A stretch of DNA of 64,000 nt from Tubiluchus corallicola (lineage: Eukaryota; Animalia; Priapulida), in assembly GCA_030141605.1 (NCBI GenBank), contig JAQGDQ010002379.1:186001-250000 (forward strand), read 5' to 3'. Under the pieces are notes generated by a model, which saw only the letters and a program-made list of their open reading frames with translations, ran no database searches and had not been told where the DNA came from. Both the position numbers and the translations under genes were made by a program. How positions within the stretch are numbered: the stretch's first letter is position 1; each line of letters begins with the position of its first letter. This document shows, one piece after another, positions 41,415 to 54,885 of the stretch.

Positions 41415-41610
41415 TCGATCAGAAGATAAGACAGGACAGGACAGGACAGGACAGGATTGGACAGGACATGGCGGGACAGGACAGGACAGGACAGGACAGG
41501 ACAGGACAGGACAGGACAGGACAGGGCAGGGCAGGGCAGGGCAGGGCAGGGCAGGGCAATACAAGATAAGATAAGATCTTTATTTAAATTCGAGCTTATC
41601 TTCTGATCGA
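41415..41610. repeat. (GGACA)n(GGGCA)n microsatellite bracketed by a perfect 16-bp inverted repeat
   Basis: TCGATCAGAAGATAAG at 41415-41430 and CTTATCTTCTGATCGA at 41595-41610. Confidence 0.9.
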
Positions 41611-41755
41611 AGAGAACTAAATACATCAAAAACAATGGTGATTATGGTCAGACTGCTCACTCGTGAGAGTACTGTTATTTGGTGTTTCCGTGTGGTTGCA
41701 CAACAATTTTCTTACTAAAATTTTGAAACGTATGTATAGTAGCGTCAGCTTATAG

Positions 41756-42198
41756 TAGGGGGTGAGCATTCTCTATCAGAAAGCAAAGAAGGAGTTTACA
41801 ATTCCCCACGAAATTTTAAGTACTGTAACCCTAGACCTAACATTGTGTGTGGGGAATTGTAAACTTTAGCCCAAGTGCGAATTCGAATCGAATCAAATTT
41901 TTGACTTTCGAAATCGCTCAAACCGAGTTTCAAAATTTCAAATCCAAATCGAACTCGAAAAAATAGTCTCGCAAAGATCACGCATATTGCTTAATTTTGT
42001 ACCAAAGCAAAAAAATACTAACAATTTGGGTAAAAATCGTGCACTGAAATAGCAGCTAAATAATGGAGTTTGCATAACGTTTGAAACGGTTTAATCTTAA
42101 GGAACTTTTGTAGTAAAGTGCTGAATTACTCAAATCCAAAATTTTAAGTTCGAATAGAATTTGAATTAAAAAACTCGTTCGAACTGAATTCACCCCAA
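41756..42198 (+). mobile_element. hAT-like MITE with TTCGAA/ATCGAA subterminal repeats
   Basis: TSD GCTTATAG / GCTTACAG (7 of 8); TIR-like TAGGGGGTGAGCATTC / GAATTCACCCCAA. Confidence 0.65.
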
Positions 42199-42799
42199 GC
42201 TTACAGCGGAAAGCACAGAGTGCTGATTACTGTACGACTGGAATTCAGGTTCACATTTACATTTCGTTGTAATAACTATCACATCTGCAACATTTATATT
42301 CACTGGCGAACTCTACACGATCACCTCTATTCATCATGTTGGTAAACTCTTTACCAATAAGTGGTTTCAGTCAATCGCTCATTAAAACAATTCACATTCA
42401 GAATACACACCGTCTCCATTGATTGAGCCACACGAATGCTTTTTCTAGTCACAAATTTGTAACCAAATTTGCCTTGCGAAGAACTGTGGAATGAAAGATG
42501 ATTCGTTTTGGAAATTTTGTCCATAAATGAAATACACGGAAACGGAAGTATGACCGTGTATTTTCACCGTCATTGTTATTCTACGGCGATGGCACACTAG
42601 GTGACAGCGTCCGACACCGGACATCAAGTTTTGGATTAAACGGAAGTGCCAATCGTCCCCCATTATAGATGACTTGATGGATAAGGCAACCCAGTAAATG
42701 ACTGACTGACAAACTGACTGACTTCTTTAGCTAGGAACTACATGTGTTGCTGAGGGCTGTTCATTCTTTATTTGGTCGACTGCGTAGTTAACAACTGAA

Positions 42800-42958
42800 T
42801 GACGGACTGGTTGACTGGCTGAGTGAGTGAGTGAGTGACTGACTGACTGACTGACTGACTGACTAACTGATTAACTGGCTAGCTAGCTGCTGACTGATTG
42901 ACTAGCTGACTGACTGACTGACCGACTAACCGACCGACCGACCGACCGACAGACTGAC
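42800..42958. repeat. (GACT)/(GAGT)/(GACC)n microsatellite
   Basis: Direct observation. Confidence 0.9.
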
Positions 42959-43560
42959 GCGTGAAAAGAAACAAGAATTTATTCTAGCTTATAGAATGTT
43001 TATCATCAAGAATGTTCGATTTCTTCATTGACAGATATCTTCTTATTTTGCTTAGGAATTTTCTGACTCTGCCAGTCTTTTTATTATCTAAAACGAATTA
43101 CATTACTTTTTGCGCGATCCAATTTGCACTGAACTACTTTGCTAAAATATTTACGATATAGAAATATTTTAATCGCAATATAAACTGGAGAGGGAGAATA
43201 TTTAAACGGTAGAGGACAATATCTTGACTGAGACAAACGTAAACGGCACGCGTCAAAACTTGTTACAAATTTGCAAGCATTAGATGACAAAATTGACAAA
43301 CTGAAATTTATCTGTTATATAACCAGTAGCTACAAGGGTGTCCTTGAAAATGGAAAAACAACAAGTTATACATGGAAGAATTCAATGCTTCAATGTAATT
43401 GGTTTGTGCCAGACGGTTTAGTTAGTAGTAAGGCGTAATGGTGTAATGGGGTAATAATAATCTCTGTTATGTAGTTGTAGATTGTTATTTACAGTCGGCC
43501 CAAAAGCTCTTTGGAGCTTATGTTAATTGTTGATCCAAAAAGGCGACTTTTTAAATAAAG

Positions 43561-43690
<130 letters not shown>

Positions 43691-43878
43691 TATATTACTA
43701 TAATTTCATGCGTTGCAGGTAGAAATTACATTAAAAACATTTTGAACGATCGCTTTTTATTTGTTTCTTCAAAATCTCGACTTTCATACTAAGTCTTCAC
43801 AGGTGACAAACAAATTAGCTCAATGCAAGAGACGTTGTTTTTCTTATATTAGTTTCTAGCAAATGTCTTAGCACAGAA

Positions 43879-44277
43879 AGTTCTTCGCTGGTACATGCAT
43901 TTCGCCATTTGCTAGTTAGATGGACGGAAGCCAATAGCGTCTGCATCTGTGAACACGTTGCAGAAAAAATACAGGCGCCGTATCTCCCGTTTTTAAATTT
44001 ATAATTTCCCGAGTTTTTTGTGTATTACACCGAATGTTGCACTGTACTTCAAGTTTCGCTTTTGCAAACATGTGCAACACGCTCATGGAATGTTTGTGCT
44101 GTTGAAAATTATGTTCAATCATGAAATCATCACTAGCTGGGCTTGCCAGTCGTTAATTAACTTTTTAACCTATTATTTAATTGCCAGAAATACTTTTGCG
44201 TAATTATAGGTGCTAAAGCATATATTTACTGCACTTCAAAAAGTGAGGTAGACTGCGAAAAATAATCCTGTTTTCCT
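43879..44277 (-). mobile_element. Kolobok-like element, inverted truncated copy
   Basis: Reverse complement begins AGGAAAACAGGATTATTTTTC and contains CTAGCAAATGGCGAAATGC as in copies 1 and 3. Confidence 0.7.
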
Positions 44278-44777
44278 TGACAGAGCGCATTTATTAATTG
44301 ATTGCAACTTGCAAGCTTTACTTAGCCCTGTCCTGAAAGCTTCAAATAAACATTTCTTCTCTCATTCAAGCTGATTTCTGTCAATAGCACTACGAATTAC
44401 ATCCTACTGGATTCAATTTAGCAAAGTTTAATGCCATCTGTTTCTACTTCGCACTGTAATTATGCTGTAAACAGGATTTACTATTGGATTTTACAGTGGA
44501 CTGTAATGCCTCCTCTAACCATTCCAAACCGAGCATGTTGATTCACGTGCACATGTACCCCTCCTTCACAAATCCTACTATACATAAAAATTCGTTGGAT
44601 TTGTGTTTTCGTTTGGTAAGATTAGAAAAGTTAAAGGGAAAAATTTGAAACCGTTTTTAGCAAAATTTCTTCATTGTACTGATAAAAATATTCTAGTGGC
44701 TTCTTACTAAAACATAAGACCTGGAGCAAGAGATTTATTACAAACAGGAAAAAAATAGCCACTCAAATGCCATTTAT

Positions 44778-44876
44778 AGGTAGGTAGGTAGGCAGGCAGG
44801 CAGGCAGGTAGGTAGGTAGCTAGGTGGGAGATAGGCAGGCAGGCAGGCAGGTAGGTAGGCAGGTAGGTAGGTAGGC
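44778..44876. repeat. (GGTA/GGCA)n microsatellite
   Basis: Direct observation. Confidence 0.92.
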
Positions 44877-44934
44877 ATATTCTGCGTAAAAAGACTTTTT
44901 TACATGAAGTTTTTGCTTCACCTTTTGTTGATCA

Positions 44935-45090
44935 TTTATTGCTGCTTCACCGACCACTTTATTTCTGCTTCCTCGGGCATTTTACTACTCCCTCATGGGC
45001 CACTTTTTTACTGCTTCATGGACCATTTTATTGCTGCCTCATGGACCACTTTATTGCTGCATCAAGGACCACTTTGTTTCTGCGTCATAG
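44935..45090. repeat. Degenerate 23-bp minisatellite, about 7 copies
   Basis: Consensus TTTATTGCTGCTTCATGGACCAC. Confidence 0.85.
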
Positions 45091-45988
45091 TGTCTTTGCC
45101 TAACCACGTGTCGGCTGAAATTCGTTTGTTCTTGTCCTGACTGACCGCTCAATGTTTACTTTACTCCCACAGTAACTTTTAGTACCCAAATCAAATGTCA
45201 AATTCACGAACTGGAACAATTATCTCGATGGGCTTCTTAAAAAAACAATTTCTATAACAGCTAGGACAGGGATCAATTGAGAAGTTAATGTGTGCTTAGC
45301 GACCGAAATTAAATAACGCCGAGCCAGGGCAGGAAATGGAGGAGCGACCGCCAAAACTTTTTCTTTTACGTTTTATCTGCCATGCTACTCGTTGAGTGAC
45401 AATATATATCTAGCCGAAGTTCCGAATTTGTGTAAGACACTACCATCTGAAAGTCCAGCGAGGATTGTCCGCACTAAAGAGATGTCCCCAACAATCGACA
45501 TAATAGGTGAGTTCTGCAGTTGATCGCTGGATTCATTCATGCTGGATATCACCTAGCAGTAACTGAACTTCATAAAAAGAGGGTTAATTAATACTAACGG
45601 AAGTAAACTGAAAAATCATACAAAAGCGGCCATATCAATTACCCCATTACTGAAACACATTTCAGCAAAGCGCTACTTTATTGGCATTGTGATCGGTTTC
45701 AGTGAAAGTGTTTCGGCATCAAACACAGTGCAATGCGTTGACCTTGTTTACTCGGACAAATGTAATCAGTAAATGGAGTGTAAATTATTCTGCAGTATGT
45801 GGCGTTATATAGTCAACCGCCATAAAGTTAATGCACTGCATATAAAGAAGCCAAGCAAACTGTATTGGAATGATACTGATACATAGTAAAAGCATGTTGT
45901 TCTAATCGTATGCAAACAGGGCATTACGATTTTCGTGACACCGTTTACTTCGAAACGAAACGCGACTACGAAACGATTTCCGAACGTC

Positions 45989-46210
45989 TTTTCGTTCCCA
46001 TCTCTTCAGTGAATCTAAGGAAACATTCTAAGAGATAAAACGATATAAAATTAATGGCTGCTTATGCAGAATACATTGCCTTACCCATTTTTTCTAGATA
46101 ATGAATGACAACTGGTGCTTGACACTTCAGCAATTCAACAATTCATTAATTTTATGTCGGTTGTTCCTTTCAATTTATTCCTGGATTCACTGAAAAAAGG
46201 GAACGAAAAC
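45989..46210. repeat. Imperfect foldback (inverted repeat), MITE-like
   Basis: TTTTCGTTCCCATCTCTTCAGTGAATC pairs with GATTCACTGAAAAAAGGGAACGAAAA; ATAAAATTAATG pairs with CATTAATTTTAT. Confidence 0.75.
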
Positions 46211-46424
46211 GGGATCTTCTGAAATGCAATAAGCTGTACAAAGAAAGTTATGATGCTCTGGTTGTATTGGATGAAAATATTGTTCAAATCGGGCAAACAA
46301 AGAAACAATTTATGTGTTACCTACAGTTTGTTGTAGATAACTCTTGTACTATTGTATTTTACATAGCACGAGGCCTCGTGACATGCGTAGCAGATATCTA
46401 ACTACTTTGTCCATCCCCGTAGAT

Positions 46425-46775
46425 CAGTGTTTTTTGCCCCATACATCTTTTTCACCATATGTTCTGTTATCATTCCTACTAGGTCTTTCCAAAATGGTCT
46501 AATTTCTTAGCGTATTACCCCCTGGAAACATTTTAATAATATGTCAGGATGTTGCACCTTTTACACCTTTTTAAGCTTACCTGATTCTGCACGTTGCAGA
46601 TTTACTTGATTGGTTTTTATAACAGATTTTTACAAATACAGCAGTAATAGAAAAACTGAAATGAAGTCGTGTAAATTAACGCTTGAAATTCAACAGTACG
46701 CTGTCCTGTAGCACAATTTGTAAAATTCTAGTTTGCTGATCAATATTCAAAACTCCCACCTGTTGAGAACCACTC
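46425..46775 (+). mobile_element. hAT-Charlie-like MITE (degenerate)
   Basis: CAGTGTTTTT ... GTTGAGAACCACTC; flanks CCGTAGAT / CTGCAGAT (6 of 8). Confidence 0.55.
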
Positions 46776-47989
46776 CTGCAGATACAGAGTTGTGGATCAT
46801 GCACATGCGCATGCGCCTGCAATAAGTCAATGGTACCCTCCTGAATTGTTCAAATAAACCAGAAGTCGGTGGATATAGAGGCCAAAGAGAAGGGCATAAC
46901 AGCCTCGTTGGCTATTCCGAATTATAAGTCTTCACGCGTGGTGCTTTCAACTTGCAAACTTCTCCGTTTGGTCCGTTAAATACCCCCCCCCTTTATATCT
47001 TAATACATTTCTTGTAATAGCGAGGTTATTAGCCCGTAGTAGGCCCAGTTGGGAACTGCAAGACTAATCAACTCTTTGGATAAGAAATTGCCAGTATTTA
47101 CCCTTCAATAGTAACTCCTACCATCTACCATTAATCAATTTCTCATTGATTAAAATGTTTCCCACATAAGAAAGTAAGCGCCATGAGACTAATCAAAATG
47201 ACCTGAACTGAAAGTACACTTTCACGTTCACCCGGCACTAGACTATCTAGATACCAGACCACCATTGACCACTGAACAGCCTCCAGGTTCATCAACGTCT
47301 ACTAAAAGTTGGATATTAATGATGAAGCCAAATAGCCTTGCATTTCGATGTAAAAAAGTCAAATGTAAATTTTGCTGCACGTTGTGATATTTCAGGAAAG
47401 TTCGCTTAAGCTTTAATTAAGGTAATGTTTAAGTAAATCTGAGCATTTCTTCAAACTGCAATTAAGATTGCGCCAACATGACATTCAGTTAACCGCCTTA
47501 ACTGGTAAAATCCTAACTAAAGCAAGAGATTACTATAATTAAGATTTCCAATTGGAAAATGGTTTATAAAAGGAAATAAGACTTAATTTACCGTCAGACA
47601 AATTCTATGCAGGAAAATCTTCAGTGACTTACTAGACTAGAAGAAAATGTGCTTCTGTAAAGTTCTATGGGAGACATTTATGACATCTATTTCAGGGTTG
47701 TTAGATCTAAAAATCCATTTCTATTAGCTTCCTTTAAAAATGCCAGTCTTTTTGGGTCTAGTGGAACTTTTTCAGATTCCGCAAAATCGAATTGATAAAA
47801 ATAATGTTTTTATAATAATTATTAAGGCAAATCAGTTAATGTTTGTGTGGCGGTTATTGCGTGAAGTGAAAGTAACAGAAATGGATCCTCCCAGTCATAG
47901 TCCTAACTACTCTGGAATGGATGTTATAATCGTTTCTCGATGTTAATTTTCTGTGAATTTCATTTAGCTTATATGTTTGTGCAAAAAAC

Positions 47990-48050
47990 TTAATGGCCAT
48001 TTTGTTTTTTCTTTGCAACCGAAAGGCCTGTGGTTCGAATCCAGACTGCA
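47990..48050 (+). mobile_element. tRNA-derived fragment (B-box)
   Basis: AAGGCCTGTGGTTCGAATCCAG contains a canonical B-box; the A-box is degenerate. Confidence 0.4.
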
Positions 48051-48365
48051 TCCGACTTTTTCACATTTGCTGTCGGATAGATTGGTTTGAAAAATTCAAT
48101 AATTATTTGTTTATTCATCAATAATCTGTTAGCATTAAGCGACCTCGGAATTCTGCTCCTATCGAACCTAAGTAGATATGGACGTAAAGATAAACGTGTG
48201 GGCGGAACATAATTTCGACAGGCAGACAGACAAGCGGGCAGGCAAACAGATAAATAAATAGATAGCCTAACAGACGAAGTAGTTAAAACGAATTAGTTAC
48301 ATGTAATTAAGTAATTAGTAACGAGGTCTATATGATCATTGCAACCTGCATCTTTATGATTTATA

Positions 48366-48774
48366 TTTAGTAATCGAATGTGGAAACTTTTCCAAGTCTA
48401 TAATTCTGAATGCTGCAAGAAGAAATTATTGAAGTCTCGTAATCTAATCTATCTCTACACTTTAACAAGTTTAAAAATTACGACGAAAGAGTTAAGATCG
48501 GTTTAGTAATCGAATGTGGAAATTTTTCCAAGTCTATAATTCTGAATGCTGTAAGAAGAAATTATTGAAGTCTCGTAACCTAATCTATCTCTACACTTTA
48601 ACAAGTTTAAAAATTACGACGAAAGAGTTAAGATCGGTTTAGTAATCGAATGTGGAAACTTTTCCAAGTCTATAATTCTGAATGCTGTAAGAAGAAATTA
48701 TTGAAGTCTCGTAACCTAATCTATCTCTACACTTTAACAAGTTTAAAAATTACTACGAAAGAGTTAAGATCGGT
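48366..48774. repeat. 136-bp tandem repeat, 3 near-identical copies
   Basis: TTTAGTAATCGAATGTGGAAA at 48366, 48502 and 48638. Confidence 0.96.
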
Positions 48775-50509
48775 ACCAATGCGCAAGCTAATAATTCGTA
48801 AGCAAACTGTTAATGCGTCGACTTCATGAATTCTTAACTTATTTCATGTTTTCCCTATAATCATCGTCATTTACGTCCAGCTTATATACAAATTTAATGT
48901 ACATTTATTCTCTTGGGAAATTTGGGTTACTTGCACCTATAATACCCGATAACATTTGGGTTCTTCACAGCTATCATTACAGAGTCTTCGTAAATACTGT
49001 ATGAAAAATTAACGAAGATTACGCTGTCTCTATTTCGTGTAATTATTTCGTTAAACACCTCTAAGGCTATAACGCCGCATAAGAATATTAAGTGACATCT
49101 TCAGTCATTTCTAAATTACCAAAACTTTAGCAGTAAATTAGAATAGAGTCGGAATTTGTTTAAAATTAACATAAATTGCATTTACTTGAATTTAATTACG
49201 TTATATTTCATTCCGTTCGTTACGTTACGTTCCGTGTTGTCATATCACGTACACACGCTACATTATGTAGCATTACCGGTACAGCAAAGCATTTTTTTAG
49301 AATTTTGACGGCAAACTTGCCTACTGCTGACTGTGCACGTTTGTGTGTAACTGCACAGATCTAAATCTCATCAGAGCTTTGAGCTAACTGCATGTGCAAG
49401 AACAACATGATGCAGCAACATAACATTAAATTCTGTTCTATTCGTCACTTTCGTTGTGTACAATATGATACAATCTCTATTAATAATAACTGTGCGATAA
49501 TTACTTTTTCGCGTGATAAATGAATTTTTTGTTGGACGTGCTGAATCTCTCGTCTAAGAATTCCTCTTTATTTTGTTTCGTTGTTTCCATGGTGTGTCCA
49601 CACTATTCAGGGTACAGGGCGTAATCTCTTCTGCGAGATATGATCGTCTCCAAAGCGCATCCGTCTTCTAAGCGTTCTGATGGATAACATTTTTTACTTT
49701 CTTTTACTCTTTCTCGTGTAGTTTTGTTTCCATTCCTCTTCTTTTTGTTGAGTCCATAGCCACAATGTACATTTGTTCAAATAACCCATTAGCACTTTTG
49801 CATCATTTGACTAAATAATTTCTTGTAGTGGCATAGTTCACTTTGTCGTAACATATTCAAGCATATTCTCAGTAGTATCATCTTCATTTTTATACACTGG
49901 ACTCTCGTCTTCTTTGAACTGACTGTTCTAATACTTCTTGAGTAGCAACATATTTAATTTAATTTTTATCAACACCCCTTCTAGTGCTATTCCTAGACAG
50001 CTTATGATAGCTGATTACGTAATTAACAGCAGAGCTGTGGCAATACGATATTAATAACAGTAACTCCATACAATTTTTTATTTTGCCAAGTTTATAAGGT
50101 ACAAATTTTAAATACCTTGACTTTGTTTTAACCCCTCCTGTCCTAACCAGATCTTTCACCTATAGTGTCGTATTAGTCATCGCCTCTATATTGTGTAATA
50201 GGCTTGTAAATAGCGCCAATAAAAGCAATATTCCGAAGAACATCAGTCCCTAATTATTGTATTGCGTTACTAATATTACATACGTTATTGTCAACTGCTG
50301 TGCAGTTAATTATGCAGTAAACCATAGTGGCATGGTTATATACAGTCTATAGATACAATATAAGTGCACAGTATATGTTTTTACAACGACCTCTATGGCG
50401 ATAACCACAAAAGCGGTAACAGTATCAACAAGAATACTGAAGGTGACAAATATAGCGACAACGGAAACTACAAGGACAAGAGCAACAAAACCAATAACAT
50501 AAACCGTTG

Positions 50510-50693
50510 CACAACAACAACAACAACAACGACGACAACAACAACAACAACAGCAAAAGCAATAGCGGCAACAGCAACGGCAACAACAGCAGCAGCAGTA
50601 GCAACAACGATGACGACGACAACAACAACAACATGGTTGCACTAGGAGCACCAAAGACAATGATTGTGATGACAGCAATAGCAACAACAGCTA

Positions 50694-50725
<32 letters not shown>

Positions 50726-50735
50726 ACAACAAAAC
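50510..50735. repeat. (CAA/CAG)n triplet arrays
   Basis: Direct observation. Confidence 0.9.
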
Positions 50736-51488
50736 GGCTGCAGCAGGAGTAGAAGAAAAAAGAAAAAGAAAAATTAATACCGCCATGGATTGTTGACGCT
50801 TTAAAAATAGGCAGCTTTACCATCACCAACATGAAGACAGCGAGGATGTTTATAATAGATCCTGGTGTTTATTTGACTCCACCTAATTTGTCTGAAGTTA
50901 ATGGCTCTAATGCAATTGACACCAAGCGTAAATGAGGGGAGTGCACTGAAAGTGTGTGTGCTCGTTTAGAAATGGCTTGCATTGTGGTTTGAATGAAAAA
51001 CAAAAGCAAGAAATGAAGCAAATAAAACGCTTTTTGCAAACAAGGAAAATGCGTTACAAGGTTTTCTGAGAAACATGTATTGTGTTTTAAAACATAGTAC
51101 ATAGATAAATAGTTAAACCACAGCCCAAGTTTGGAACACTTGCTTAAACATGCATAATGCGCGTTTGGCAAACTTTGTGAACAAATGCAGCTTGTAACTC
51201 TAGTGACGCATCTGCTAAAATTATTACTGAACTAGAAAAAGAGCGAGACCACTTTTAATGATTGCCTAATGCAGTCATCTCATTAGGTGCCAAAGGTTTC
51301 GTTTAGTACTGACCGTCTCTCGGCTTGTGTGATAGCTTGTGTTATACTACAACGAACTCTTCTTCAAATAAACAAAACCTAACTAAGCCCTGGAGTCACC
51401 CAATGGTGTCCAGTTTTAGTGGAAGTATTGGATAACGGCGCCAAAGCCATTTGCTGGAATCTTTGAACTTGTAGTAAACTTAGCCGTA

Positions 51489-51693
51489 ACAAATGATACT
51501 GAAGCTTGGCACATATATACTTCGGACTACGTAAAAAATGTTGCATGTTGCCAAAAAACTGTTGTAATTGACGGTACAGATAGCCCTGAGTACAGATAGT
51601 ACAAATGATACTGAAGCTTGGCACATTTGTACATCGGACTACGTAAAAAATGTAGCATGTTGCCAAAAAACTGTTGTAATTGACGGTACAGAT
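51489..51693. repeat. 112-bp period tandem duplication, about 1.8 copies
   Basis: ACAAATGATACTGAAGCTTGGCACA at 51489 and 51601. Confidence 0.92.
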
Positions 51694-52925
51694 TGTTCAA
51701 TACAAAAACAGAATTATAACTTTCACTGATTAGTTAAAATGATCAGAGGTTTCATGTGACCAGCCATATCGAAAATATAGTTCCCAACAAAATAAAATTT
51801 ACTGTGTTGATGTAAATAGTCCACAAAGTTGCTCTTCGTGAATTCAAAATACTTTGATAGTAAACCGACGCCTCTGAAGCTCCTTCCCAGGGGATTTCCT
51901 TTTATAATGAGGTTCTGTTTCCATATTAAGACCGCCTCTACCTGCCATTACGGGAAGGACAGTGCGATGAAATATGTTAGGTGGCGCAAAAAACGTGCCG
52001 ATACTTTGATCACGGAATCGCTTGAAAGTTACCACACAGATGGTACAGACGTTTGTGTGATAATATCAGAAATTTTTGGTCATTCATATAATTATAATTT
52101 TTCCAAAGATACAAAAGTCTGAAAACAGGAAGTCAAAAAAGTAAATACCGGAAAAAATTGTGTTACTGTTGTTAAACTTACCGACAATGCTCTACGTGTC
52201 CACCATTTAGCTGCAAACTAAACGAAGGCGTTCCTTCCGACAGCTGACACAATTTCTACCTTCTTTAATTAAGGGGTACTTGATCCCACCTGCTCAACAA
52301 TTTTTGCTCTTAGTTTCTCTGAATCAAACGGCTCTGTATGACCGTCGCATACGCTGGAAATTCAAGATACTTTAGTTTAGTTCAGGATTAAGTTTAATTT
52401 TTTTATTTGACAGCAAATCCTTATCAATATTTTACTATAGCCCAGGATGTAAAATGAGCTAACATTGTTCTGGCATTTAAATATTTGACGTACAAAAGAT
52501 TTTCGGCCATGGCTTAAAACTATACACTTGCAACTCTCACAACCAAAAGTCAATGCATTGTAGTACCAAGCTGTTAAACTTCATCTTTGTAGAGAACCTG
52601 CTTCTACTGTACTGTAGTTTAAATTTTGGTATTTTTCTGCGCCAGCAGATGAAAAAGACATTTGAAATTGTTCACTTGGCTGAAATTAAGGTTTTGGAAA
52701 TTGAAGAGCTACTGTTGAAGAGAAGGATCAAGCCAAAGAACTGGATAAGGATGTTGCTGAATATGACAATTAAAAGAATCAAATTTATCTATTGCTGCCT
52801 TCATTGATAACAACTGGGTTACCATCTGAGAATTTGCTGTTTGCAACAAACTGTAAACATTAATTACAAAGGGAAATGACAGGTCGGCAACTAGAAGTTT
52901 TTTACACATGGAGTTCATACATGGT

Positions 52926-53199
<274 letters not shown>

Positions 53200-53613
53200 G
53201 ATGGAGAGAGTAAGTGTTTACTGAATATTTGCTGTGCAATTTAGTGAATAATTTATAGCATAACGAGTAGTATACCAGCAATTACAACGTCACTTAGCTT
53301 GGTTGGATCATTAATCTCCAATCTGCAACAACTATTATATGCGAGATTATGCCAAGTAAACAGCAATCATAGGGCTATAAATGAAGACTGTGTGAACATA
53401 ATGGTAAAACCAACGCACTCATCCAGAACATTTAGCTGAATTGCTTGACCAAAAGTTCCTTTGGTTTAAATTGAAGTACTAAAATACCGATAAGAAACGG
53501 CAAAAGGAAAAAATCCATAGTAATTATTTAGGTAAGTTGACTGCTGCTGCATGTGCAAACGATAACGACAACAATAACAACAAGAGCAGCAATAACAACA
53601 ACAGCAGCAACAA

Positions 53614-54559
53614 CAACATCAACAACCTTGAAGTCAACATTTAACACTATACGTAGATAACAATGATCATTCATCTTTACATTTGAATCTGACTTTCACT
53701 CAAATTACAGACTTGCAGTATAATTATTTTCCCATTGTGCTTCTGTGAGAATGACCTTTATTATGATTTTTAGTTCTACTACTGACAATTCTTTTAATCA
53801 CTGCCATGCCTCAGGTGTCATGATTAAACGATGACTCGCTCGCTTTACCATACAATCAGGTCTGTCACAGAAACGTGATCTTTTACACAAGTGTGGTAAT
53901 TTAAAATAATCAGTGCGTTCAGATGAAAGTATTAAACTTCAGGTGTAGGGTTGATGAAAGGAGAGTGAAACAAAGCGTTATAATATTGTGAACATCGTGT
54001 AGTAAATCGTACTGAATGCAGCTGATATTCTAGCTGCCGTTGGTGTTAAAAATTTAAACAGCATAATTAAAAATGGTGGCTGAATAAGGTCATGGGGCGT
54101 TAGTGGCAATGATGGTGTTGTTGGCGTTGATGTTTGTGTTAGTTGCGGTGCCACATGGCAGTGCATATTGATTATGAGAGTGATGATGATGACGACGACG
54201 ACGACAATGATGATAACTTTAGGATGTTTCGGAACTTGCAGTGTGACTACAACCGACGAGTATTGACAACTGACTGCTTTATCGACGTTTGGTTAAGCGA
54301 CGTATCGACTCTTCAGTTAGTTTTTTAAATTTTGCAAAATACGGTCGCGTCTCTGAATTCAAATGAGATCTGCATCAGAAGTGTCTGAGCTTCACAAAAA
54401 TGATAATTTTATTTCTATGATTGTCTACAGCACACCCACACACAGAGGAGCAAAAACTTTAATGGTTCCCAGTTTATTTCACTTACACGTGCCTAGAAGT
54501 ATATACAGCTCAGTTGCTCATTGTCCCAATGGTTGACTATATTTTTAGCAGGAAACTGC
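53614..54559 (-). repeat. Copy B (inverted) of the 732-1685 repeat
   Basis: Colinear reverse complement, roughly 95% identical by eye. Confidence 0.95.
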
Positions 54560-54885
54560 AAACTGCAACAACAACAATAGCAACGGTAGTAACAACAAAA
54601 ATAACAACAACAACGATAAAACAACAATAACGACAACAGCCGCAGCCCTTGCTATGAAACTAGCGTTTTTTTATAATTTGACAATAGTGCAAGTGTCAAC
54701 GGGCAGAATCTATTTAATTTAGATGGTTGTGGCAAAAAGAGAGCCTGATTTATCACCAAGGTTACGCATCTAAGTTGAGGCACTAAATTGGCAGAGATAT
54801 TTTAGACATGTTCAAATGTGAATGCGAATTTTCTTCAATCTTTTTACTTTACTGTTTTAAACATTTCAATAATTATTCTTGTCGT

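Noticed and set aside
49570-49900. Possible degenerate RTE LINE 3' end (minus strand)
   Set aside because: Composition is suggestive but no diagnostic motif could be translated with confidence.
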